A stretch of 62,005 bases of DNA from a virus. Taxonomy: Duplodnaviria; Caudoviricetes. The first letter of the stretch is position 1; each line of letters begins with the position of its first letter. This document shows, one piece after another, positions 51,440-59,507 of this stretch. The position numbers were made by a program, and so were the translations under genes. The stretch is taken from IMG/VR virus record IMGVR_UViG_3300037247_002096, positions 1 to 62,005 of that record, one strand, 5' to 3'. The notes under the pieces are model-generated. The model had not been told where the DNA came from. It did no database searches and worked only from the letters and a program-made list of their open reading frames with translations.

Positions 51440-51799
51440 ATGGAAATTTGGGTTATCAAAACCAAAGAACAACATCAAAAATATTTAAAGGAAATTGAGA
51501 AATTGATGGGGTTGTCTATTAAACTCAATTCCTTGGAATCAAAACGATTAGAATTGTTGGGAGTTTTGGTGGAGAAATATGAAAAGGAAAAATTTCCTTT
51601 TGAAATACCAACTGCCATCGAAGCTGTTAAATTTCGGATGGAACAGCAAAATTTATCCAGGAAAGATCTGATCCCTTATATGGGTTGCCGTAGTAGGGTT
51701 TCGGAATTCTTTTCTGGAAAACGCGCTTTATCAAAAAATGTCATCCGTTCACTAAGTGAGGGTCTTGAAATTCCAATAGAGATTCTATTTGGAAAATAA
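51440..51799 (+). CDS. higA: HigA-like HTH antitoxin (no higB seen)
   Basis: LELLGVLVEKYE, IEAVKFRMEQQNL...SRVSEF..GKR.LS. Confidence 0.88.
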   Translation: MEIWVIKTKEQHQKYLKEIEKLMGLSIKLNSLESKRLELLGVLVEKYEKEKFPFEIPTAIEAVKFRMEQQNLSRKDLIPYMGCRSRVSEFFSGKRALSKNVIRSLSEGLEIPIEILFGK

Positions 51800-51841
51800 C
51801 CTTGGCCACAAGTTGGCCACAAATCGAAAGGGGGATGGATA

Positions 51842-52720
51842 ATGTCACCAGAAAAAGAAGAAGAAAAAATTAAAAACCAATCTGATTTACCATTTGCCAA
51901 ATGGCGCGGGATAATAGATTTAGGCGGCAATGAGCTTGATTGTTATGTTTTGGACACTGGTCAAAGAGTAATTTCTATTCGTGCCACAATTAAAGCCATC
52001 GCAGATATTGACTCTGGAAACCTGGGCAGTTATATAGAGGCAAATGCACTTAAACCCTTTATAAATAACGATAAAATCCTGGGCGAACTTTTGGAGTTTT
52101 CGATCCCTGGAACACAATTAAAGGGTCTTGGTCTTACGACAGAACATTTTGAATTAATATGCCGTGGTTATGTGCAGGCTCTTTATACAAAAGCAGTTTT
52201 AACTGATAGGCAAACAGAAATCGCTATCAAATGCGCTGTATTGTCTGCTGGTTTGACAAGAACCGGTCTTGATGCCCTGGTCGATGAAGCCACAGGTTAT
52301 CAATTTGAGCGTTCTACTGATGCTCTGCAAATTAAACTTAAAGCTTTTATTGCAGAGGAATTGCGTGCATGGGAAAAAACATTCCCTGATCAACTTTGGG
52401 AAGAATTTGGTCGTCTAACAAACTGGCAAGGAGCTCTGAGAAGTAGACCAAAATGGTGGGGTAAATTAGTTATAGAATTGATTTATGACACACTTGATCC
52501 TGACGTTGCAGAATATCTGAAGAACAACAAGCCAGAACCGGGCATTCATTGGCATAGGAGGTTAACCGAAAATTTAGGCGTCAGTCAGTTAGTCTCTCGG
52601 TGCTATGAGGTGATTGGTATGGCCAAAGTCTGTAAAGATATAAAACAACTCAGACAGATGGTCGCACAACATTATGGTAAAAAACCTTTGCAATTCACAA
52701 TGTATTTCTATGAAAAATAA
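51842..52720 (+). CDS. Second P63C-domain protein
   Basis: CYVLDTGQRVIS, GLDALVDEATGYQ, WEKTFPD. Confidence 0.85.
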   Translation: MSPEKEEEKIKNQSDLPFAKWRGIIDLGGNELDCYVLDTGQRVISIRATIKAIADIDSGNLGSYIEANALKPFINNDKILGELLEFSIPGTQLKGLGLTTEHFELICRGYVQALYTKAVLTDRQTEIAIKCAVLSAGLTRTGLDALVDEATGYQFERSTDALQIKLKAFIAEELRAWEKTFPDQLWEEFGRLTNWQGALRSRPKWWGKLVIELIYDTLDPDVAEYLKNNKPEPGIHWHRRLTENLGVSQLVSRCYEVIGMAKVCKDIKQLRQMVAQHYGKKPLQFTMYFYEK

Positions 52721-52757
52721 TTTTGTAACCCTGACCAAAAAATTTTAAAGGTTCTAA

Positions 52758-52967
52758 ATGAAATACATTTTAATCGTGGTGTGGTTGTCAGTGTCCGGGG
52801 AGGAGATCCACCAGGAAAATTTTGTGGATTATCCTACCCTCGAAGCTTGCGAAGCGCACCGGGATGATGCGTTGGGTCGAATCGGGAAAGAACATTACCC
52901 TTTTATGACTGACGAGCTATATACTCTGAAAGATGCCTATTGCAAAAAAAAGGAAGGGAAAATATAG
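52758..52967 (+). CDS. Small secreted hypothetical protein
   Basis: Hydrophobic N-terminus; TLEACE motif. Confidence 0.55.
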   Translation: MKYILIVVWLSVSGEEIHQENFVDYPTLEACEAHRDDALGRIGKEHYPFMTDELYTLKDAYCKKKEGKI

Positions 52968-52968
52968 C

Positions 52969-53319
52969 ATGTGTGATCCTCAAAAAGATCTAAACCAAAT
53001 TCAAAAAGAATCTCCATTTCTATTTTTCAAACTGTTACCAATTTTCTTTATCGTCGTTGTGGTTTTGTCCCTAATCGGGTTTACAATGTATAACCTGGGT
53101 ATGCTCGGTCAAACTGAAATTGAACACAAAATAGTGGAAGACTCTACCCAACCCACTACGGCTATTCAAATGACTATCGCAAATGAAGAAGAACTCATCA
53201 CGAAACTGGAAGGGAGATTGATGAACCCAAAATTGGACCAAAACATCCGGTTCAACCTCAATACGCAAATCATCTCGGCTCAACTACGAATCAACAGTGC
53301 AAAACGATTAAAAAAATGA
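52969..53319 (+). CDS. Membrane-anchored hypothetical protein
   Basis: Single TM segment; ATG (MCDPQ) preferred. Confidence 0.55.
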   Translation: MCDPQKDLNQIQKESPFLFFKLLPIFFIVVVVLSLIGFTMYNLGMLGQTEIEHKIVEDSTQPTTAIQMTIANEEELITKLEGRLMNPKLDQNIRFNLNTQIISAQLRINSAKRLKK

Positions 53320-53422
53320 AGCAAATTATATTTTTTGCCCTTATTTTGTTAATATTCTTGATCAGTCATAAAAGCTGTCAAACCAAAAGTCCTAAAAAGG
53401 GGGACATCGAATTTGCTGAAAG

Positions 53423-53511
53423 GACGTGCGGCCCTTCGGGGATGCTATGGAACCCTACAGACCCACGCACCGTGACAGACCAATTCGCCTCGTGGCGTTC
53501 ACGGCCACGTC
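53423..53511 (+). ncRNA. Unknown structured RNA motif, copy 1
   Basis: GACGTG/CACGTC closing stem, CCC-TTCG-GGG, CCGTGA/TCACGG, CGCC-TCGT-GGCG; second copy at 56189-56280. Confidence 0.55.
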
Positions 53512-53579
53512 TTTTAATTTTGGGGCCTTCCGGGAAAATGTAAAACCGGTAAATCATGAGTACCGGAAGTGCTTCATTA

Positions 53580-54946
53580 ATCGTGTCATTTTAATCTAGA
53601 AACCCAAAAAGGAAAAGCGAGTCATTCACGCAAAGAAAACCACAATCACAAAGCGAGTCAAAGTACCGAGAAACCCAAAAAAATATAGCGAGTCAAACGT
53701 CCGCAGAAAACCAGACCCAAAGAGCGAGTCAAATCATTTTAGAAAACCAATGGATTCAAGCGAGTCATGTTATGACAGAAAACCAATAAGCCAAAGCGTG
53801 TCATTATCTGGAAGAAACCCAAAGCATGTAAGCGTGTCAGTACTGATAAGAAAACCAGTGATAATAAGCGTGTCAAGTTGACTTAGAAACCCAATATAAT
53901 AAAGCGAGTCAATAAGTTCTAGAAAACCACATAAAGTAAGCGTGTCAAACGTCCGCAGAAAACCAGACCCAAATAGCGAGTCATGTTATGACAGAAAACC
54001 AATAAGCCAAAGCGTGTCAAAATCACAAAGAAACCCAATGCCATATAGCGAGTCATGATATATGAGAAACCCATAGTGATAAAGCGCGTCATAAGAATTG
54101 AGAAACCCAGAGCCAAAGAGCGAGTCAATATTTCCAAGAAACCCAATATAATAAAGCGAGTCAAATCTATTGAGGAAACCAATAAATCTAAGCGTGTCAA
54201 TACCAACTAGAAAACCAAAATCACAAAGCGAGTCATTACATTATAGAAACCCAGAAAAACGAAGCGTGTCATAATTATCAAGAAACCCAAAAAGCTGGAG
54301 CGAGTCAAATTTGACTAGAAACCCATAATAAGTAAGCGTGTCAAAATCACAAAGAAACCCAATGCCATATAGCGAGTCATACCATTACAGAAACCCAATG
54401 AAGCAGAGCGCGTCATTTCATCGAAGAAACCCATAGTGGTAAAGCGAGTCAATATTACGAAGAAACCCAAAGAGGAAAAGCGAGTCAAATTTGACTAGAA
54501 ACCCATAATAAGTAAGCGTGTCAACTCAACCAAGAAACCCAGATTAATAAAGCGAGTCATTCAACAGTAGAAAACCACAGAAGAAAAGCGTGTCATTTTA
54601 ATTGAGAAATCCAGAAAAAAGAAGCGAGTCAGTATAGCGAAGAAACCCATAGTGGTAAAGCGAGTCAATATTACGAAGAAACCCAAAATAGGGAAGCGAG
54701 TCATACCAGCCTAGGAAACCAAAGTATGTAAGCGAGTCATGTTGAGAAAGAAAACCACATAAAGTAAGCGTGTCAAACGTCCGAAGTAAACCAATGGAAA
54801 AGAGCGAGTCATTTCATCGAAGAAACCCATAGTGGTAAAGCGAGTCATTTGAAACTAGAAACCCAGGGTAAAGTAGCGCGTCATTAAAATAAAGAAAACC
54901 AAGAGAAAAAAGCGATTCAAATAATCTTAGAAAACCATATAAAGGA
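53580..54946 (+). ncRNA. TIGR array 2 (orphan): 38 units, same repeats as array 1
   Basis: Parsed by hand; 36-nt period with one 8-nt spacer in unit 3. Confidence 0.92.
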
Positions 54947-55032
54947 GACTGCCATGACCTAGATATATAAACCTCCCTGATAAATTCTCCCACACTCAGC
55001 CCTTCAATTAATTTTAATACCGGAGAATTAAA

Positions 55033-55422
55033 ATGAAATCGATTTATTGTTGGAACAAAAGAATGGCATTAAAAAGGAAGCTGTCCATCTTGGCATATAT
55101 GATCGTCCGTCTCAAAGACGATAGAAAAACTGTGCGGCCAAAAAAGTTTCCCGAATTTATCCGACCTTGCGGGGTGTGGTTGGACACTACCCAATCAGAA
55201 TTTCGTTATCATCACATTGCCGCGTCTATGATGCGTGGTAAAACTATTGAAGAAATTGAAAGATTGCCAAAAGATCCAAATACCAAGGATTCTAGGATTC
55301 GACCTAATATGCGAATGGTCAACACAATTATGGAGGGTTGTTTGGATGAAAATGTATGTGCTGGTATTGAACAGCCTAACGAGGTCTCAGCAAGCGGTGC
55401 AGGGCGGCCATGCCCTGGCTGA
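55033..55422 (+). CDS. Hypothetical phage protein
   Basis: GGAG RBS; FRYHHIA.S.MRGKT.EEIE motif. Confidence 0.65.
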   Translation: MKSIYCWNKRMALKRKLSILAYMIVRLKDDRKTVRPKKFPEFIRPCGVWLDTTQSEFRYHHIAASMMRGKTIEEIERLPKDPNTKDSRIRPNMRMVNTIMEGCLDENVCAGIEQPNEVSASGAGRPCPG

Positions 55423-55645
55423 ATATATTATGCGGAAATGGGATAATGGCAGATTAACCGTTGAATGGGAAAATGGGGATCTTGTCTATCTCAGAGCAAC
55501 TTGGGGTGAATTAATGCTTTATAATTCCGAATCTTCTAATAATGCCGTTGCTTTTTATGAACCGGATATGAGAGGCGAAATCACCGCTGTTGCCATGCTG
55601 GGCGATGACAAAGACATCCGCTTCAGGGGTTTTCGTTTGATGTAA
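55346..55645 (+). CDS. Peptidyl-tRNA hydrolase type 2 (Pth2)-like protein
   Basis: MYVLV...SQQAVQGGHALAE...FYEPD..GEITAVA; GGAGG RBS. Confidence 0.7.
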   Translation: MKMYVLVLNSLTRSQQAVQGGHALAEYIMRKWDNGRLTVEWENGDLVYLRATWGELMLYNSESSNNAVAFYEPDMRGEITAVAMLGDDKDIRFRGFRLM

Positions 55646-55657
55646 ACTTTTTCACAA

Positions 55658-55727
55658 GCCTATGTAGCAGATTGGAATGCAACTGGTTCTAAACCAGGTT
55701 ATGCGGGTTCGATCCCCGCCATAGGCT
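55658..55727 (+). tRNA. Amber suppressor tRNA (anticodon CTA)
   Basis: Acceptor GCCTATG/CATAGGC, D stem GCA/TGC, anticodon arm CTGG-TTCTAAA-CCAG, T arm GCGGG-TTCGATC-CCCGC; no encoded CCA. Confidence 0.85.
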
Positions 55728-55770
55728 TTTTTGGAGTACAATATCTGTACTATAAAGAAAGGACACATCC

Positions 55771-56028
55771 ATGCCCGATAGTCACGGACAAATTCAAAGC
55801 GAAATCAAAGAGAAAATGCAATGCTGGGGTGAAGTGCTCGATGAAACTTTCAATGGCAAAGATTACAAAACAAAAGAGCCTAAATGGGGATTCGCTCTTT
55901 TGGTATTTCAGTTAGGGGAGGATGATGATGATGGAACGCATCGGATGAATTACATCAGCAATGCCAGAAGGCGAGATATGATCAAAGCCATGAAGGAATT
56001 CATCGCACGAGATGCCTTGAATAATTAA
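55771..56028 (+). CDS. Conserved phage hypothetical protein
   Basis: GFALLVF...NYISNARR.DMI.AMKE. Confidence 0.7.
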   Translation: MPDSHGQIQSEIKEKMQCWGEVLDETFNGKDYKTKEPKWGFALLVFQLGEDDDDGTHRMNYISNARRRDMIKAMKEFIARDALNN

Positions 56029-56030
56029 TC

Positions 56031-56180
56031 CCCTGGCAACCGCTTTCCGTTTGGGTTAAGAACGCCCATTAAAACAGCCATGGTGTTTGAGGCGGCGGTG
56101 TGGTTGGCTCTTTTGATGCCGGACAGGATCAGGCCATCTATGCGGGGACGCAGAGAGTGCGTACCAACCATATGCTAGGG
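56031..56180 (+). ncRNA. Candidate multi-stem structured RNA
   Basis: CCCTGGCA/TGCTAGGG, CCGCTTT/GAGGCGG and GTGTGGTTGG/CCAACCATAT stems. Confidence 0.4.
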
Positions 56181-56188
56181 AAAAATTT

Positions 56189-56280
56189 GACGTGCGGTCC
56201 TTTGGGGAATGCTGTGGGTAAAGTCATTGAGCCCATGCACCGTGAAAGACGTAAACGCCTCGTGGCGTCACGGCCACGTC
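56189..56280 (+). ncRNA. Unknown structured RNA motif, copy 2
   Basis: Same stems as 53423-53511 with different loops and flanks. Confidence 0.55.
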
Positions 56281-56328
56281 AATTTCCCATTAACAGTGGG
56301 GTAACAGTGGGAATATGGATTTAGTGAA

Positions 56329-56637
56329 ATGCCTGAAATCAGCGAAAAAGATGCGGTGAAGGTGGCGAAATGGTTGGGGCCCGATATCGTTCGCGTCGAG
56401 TGGGTGAACGGAACAGCGAATTCTGAGTGTGACGGTATGTTATTGCCAACTAGCCACTGGCTTCTTTCCCCACCCGGCCAGGATGCGATTATGTATAAGG
56501 CTTTAAAAGATTACGGTTACATTACATTCGATGTTAATAAACCAAGAAATAAATGCAGGGTCCAAACCGGGAACGCTCAGTGCAGAGCCCCAACCCGTCA
56601 AGTTGCACTTATCAAAACGGTTTTGAAGATGATATAA
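56329..56637 (+). CDS. Hypothetical protein
   Basis: 102-aa ORF. Confidence 0.55.
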   Translation: MPEISEKDAVKVAKWLGPDIVRVEWVNGTANSECDGMLLPTSHWLLSPPGQDAIMYKALKDYGYITFDVNKPRNKCRVQTGNAQCRAPTRQVALIKTVLKMI

Positions 56638-57304
56638 ATTAAATAATTCCGGCGAAACTGGTCCGCTGGGAAAAGGTCAGGTCTTTTGTCTGTGTTAAAA
56701 TTCTCCACAGTGGAGGCAGAAGACCTGGCCTATAATAAATATTCTGAGTTTTGTATGATTAACTTTATTAAAAATTATTTCAAAATAGCAAGTAATATCA
56801 ACCTTTGTTATCCTTGGATTCATCATTGGACAGATTGGAAATTTAAAATTAGAAAAAATTTGGAAACAGAAACTCCAATAAAATTCCGTACTTGCAGAAA
56901 TTGCTTAAAGATTCAAACGCGGAATGTATTGAGATAGATAATCCAGTATGCACATTGCACTCTGGGTTTTTGTCAACATTAAATCGAAAAGATTATCATG
57001 AAAACAGCATACATTTTTTCCAAGATGCGTAATTAAATTCCCTTCTATTGTGGGAAAGTCGGCCAGTGAAATCTTTGTCAAGGGGCTGGCTCACTTTCTC
57101 CGCTGATTCTCTTTCCCCATAAATTTAGAGCGGTATCGCAGTGTTTGTGGTTTTACCAAAAGAACGGCACCTCTTACACAAACATTGCTTTACCGTTCTT
57201 CCTTCCTTCTTTCAATATGTTATCATTAAACCCAGAAAGGAATTCTATATCTAAAATCGTTCAAAATGTTTTTGTAATGTAAAAATTCAAAATGTGAGGA
57301 TGCA

Positions 57305-57538
57305 ATGAGAGAATTGATCTTGTTTATTTGCAAATCTCTAGTGGATTTGCCCGATTCTGTAAAAGTAAATGAAATAAATAGCTGCGGGTCAGTTATCGTT
57401 TATGAGATTTTTGTGGATAAAACAGATGTGGGAAAGATTATTGGTAAGCAAGGAATCACCGCAAGGGCTCTCCGAACGATTGTCAATGCGGTCGCATCAA
57501 AATTAAAAAAACGCGTGGTAATTGAAATTATTGAATAA
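57305..57538 (+). CDS. khpA: KH-domain RNA-binding protein, KhpA family
   Basis: LVD.PD.V.V...DVGKIIGKQG.TARALRTIV. Confidence 0.9.
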   Translation: MRELILFICKSLVDLPDSVKVNEINSCGSVIVYEIFVDKTDVGKIIGKQGITARALRTIVNAVASKLKKRVVIEIIE

Positions 57539-57544
57539 AATATC

Positions 57545-57814
57545 ATGGCATCCTATACATGGTTACAGGAAAAATATGATTTAGATGAATTTGAAGCTGC
57601 AGCTGTGGAATGGCAATATCGGTTTTGTGGAGATTTTCATTCGGCTCTTTGGCGAGCAATCGACAACGCAGATCCTATTAATTTACATTTATTGGCTTCC
57701 GGGTTTCCAGTTTATGTAAAATCTTATACATTATTTGCCTTCTATAATGATTGGTGGCCTGATGTTCAGAAAAAGATTCCTTTTGCTAGGAGTGAGTTAA
57801 AAAATGGCAAATGA
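57545..57814 (+). CDS. Hypothetical protein
   Basis: GDF.SAL..AI..AD..NL..L..GFP phage motif. Confidence 0.6.
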   Translation: MASYTWLQEKYDLDEFEAAAVEWQYRFCGDFHSALWRAIDNADPINLHLLASGFPVYVKSYTLFAFYNDWWPDVQKKIPFARSELKNGK

Positions 57815-57842
57815 AGAGTAAATTTCCATCAGGAGAATTAAA

Positions 57843-58019
57843 ATGCCGCTCAAAAAAGGCAAGTCTCAAAAAACAATATCAAAGAATATCAGTGAGTTGG
57901 TGGCTTCTGGTCGCCCTCAAAAGCAGGCCGTGGCCATAGCCCTGGACACAGCAAGGAAACCTAAAACAACTCGCACTAGCAAAAGCAAAAAGCCCAAAAA
58001 ACGTAAGACAACGAAATGA
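57843..58019 (+). CDS. Small basic phage protein (MPLKKGKS...QKQAVAIAL)
   Basis: Read manually; AGGAG RBS; 58 aa. Confidence 0.7.
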   Translation: MPLKKGKSQKTISKNISELVASGRPQKQAVAIALDTARKPKTTRTSKSKKPKKRKTTK

Positions 58020-58152
58020 AGTGCCCTGCCCTACCCAAAATTGTCAGTTTTATAACTTACTGACCACATTTTCATTTTACTAATAAAAATTAATACAGTT
58101 AAACCTAATGATTTAATGGGTTTTATGCGTTTTTGCGTGGATTTTCATGACT

Positions 58153-58168
58153 TGGCACCTGGATTGCA
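58153..58168 (+). promoter_or_regulatory. Sigma54 promoter of the pilin gene
   Basis: TGGCAC-CTGGA-TTGCA, the -24/-12 consensus. Confidence 0.8.
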
Positions 58169-58215
58169 AACTATCAAAAATATACAATTCATAATCGTCC
58201 AAAAGGAGACAATTC

Positions 58216-58638
58216 ATGCTGACCAAATTAAACGCCCATAAGAATCAAAAGGGTTTCACCCTGATCGAGTTGTTGATCGTCATCGCTATCATTGGTATTT
58301 TGGCCGCAGTTGCCATTCCTCAGTTTGCCCAGTATCGCGCTCGTGCAAATGCTGCACAAATCACTTCAGATTTGCATAATGTATATTTGTCTTGTAAAGC
58401 TTTCTGGGGAACAGGACAGAATAATTCAACAAGCTTATGCACCATTGATGATGCTGGTATCTTGGGTCCACTGTATGGCTTTGTAGCAACCAATTTAATA
58501 ACTTTAGAAATTACTACAGGGACTGAACGTGGCTTTATAGCCACCGGTACTCATCCAAATGTTTTAGATGATACTGATACTGAAGTTTTATTCACAGTAA
58601 GCGAAAATGGTAACGTTACTAATCCGGGCGGTTTCTAA
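58216..58638 (+). CDS. pilA: Type IVa pilin
   Basis: QKG|FTLIELLIVIAIIGILAAVAIP prepilin motif. Confidence 0.9.
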   Translation: MLTKLNAHKNQKGFTLIELLIVIAIIGILAAVAIPQFAQYRARANAAQITSDLHNVYLSCKAFWGTGQNNSTSLCTIDDAGILGPLYGFVATNLITLEITTGTERGFIATGTHPNVLDDTDTEVLFTVSENGNVTNPGGF

Positions 58639-58832
58639 GTAACATAATATAAAAGGCTGGGCGTCTTCTTACCGGTTTACGCCTACTTACAAGGAAGGGG
58701 AATCCGCCGACAACCGGGTTCCCCTTTGCCTGTTTTAACATCCCTTTCCTTCCCACCCCTATTCCCCCCCGACTTGTGGTATAATTCTCTGTGAAATTCA
58801 CTCAGTGAACAAAATGATTGCGATAGAATTTT

Positions 58833-59213
58833 ATGCAAGAGGATTTTAAATATTTTATTCTAAAAGATAAAATTCCAATTGCTTGCAGTCTATTGGATTG
58901 GGCGCGTTTTTTTAACACATTCTCCAATCGTTTCGTTGTTAGAAATGAACTGCTCGAAGGAGTGGTTGCTATTTCAACGGTGTTCCTTGGGATAGATCAT
59001 AGTTTCAGTATGGAAAAGGATCACATTCCTGTTCTCTTTGAAACCATGATATTCGGTGGTACGCTCGATCAAACTATGAATCGATATTGCACCTGGGAAC
59101 AAGCTGAAGAGGGTCATGCAAACATGGTGGCTCAGGTGAAGAAAAATCTTGAAAAATGGGATAAGGATTTAAAAAATCTCAGTCAGATAATTCCCAAAAA
59201 AAATGATGAATGA
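58833..59213 (+). CDS. Conserved phage hypothetical protein
   Basis: STVFLGIDH...LFETMIFGG...RY.TWEQA..GH. Confidence 0.7.
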   Translation: MQEDFKYFILKDKIPIACSLLDWARFFNTFSNRFVVRNELLEGVVAISTVFLGIDHSFSMEKDHIPVLFETMIFGGTLDQTMNRYCTWEQAEEGHANMVAQVKKNLEKWDKDLKNLSQIIPKKNDE

Positions 59214-59421
59214 TATTGAAAAAGAAGTTCGCGCTGAAGATATCAGGGCAATAAATAAAGCCGGTGACCCTAATATTTGGAGAGAGGTTGCTGACCGGTT
59301 CGGCGTAGAAGTTGTGATATTCATATCAAAAAAAGCCGAAAAAACCAGGCTGGACGTGCCCGCATATAAAAGATTGTTGGCTCCGGCTCTTGACCGCAAT
59401 CTTAAAATAACCCACCTATAG
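59203..59421 (+). CDS. Hypothetical protein (Mor-like late regulator possible)
   Basis: EVADRFGVE...VP pattern; precedes the late operon. Confidence 0.45.
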   Translation: MMNDIEKEVRAEDIRAINKAGDPNIWREVADRFGVEVVIFISKKAEKTRLDVPAYKRLLAPALDRNLKITHL

Positions 59422-59507
59422 TTTCCCCCTTAACAACCTCCCTTACCCTCCATCTGTTCCACAACAAACAATTTCCGTAAAATCCAAACAGAATTTATCA
59501 ATTTTGT

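Noticed and set aside
55658-55727. Pyrrolysine tRNA
   Set aside because: Canonical TTCGA T-loop, GG in the D-loop and standard arm spacing; no pylS or pylBCD.
57127-57199. Long imperfect hairpin upstream of khpA
   Set aside because: The inverted repeat is real, but there is no second copy or recognisable family; may be just a terminator or spacer.
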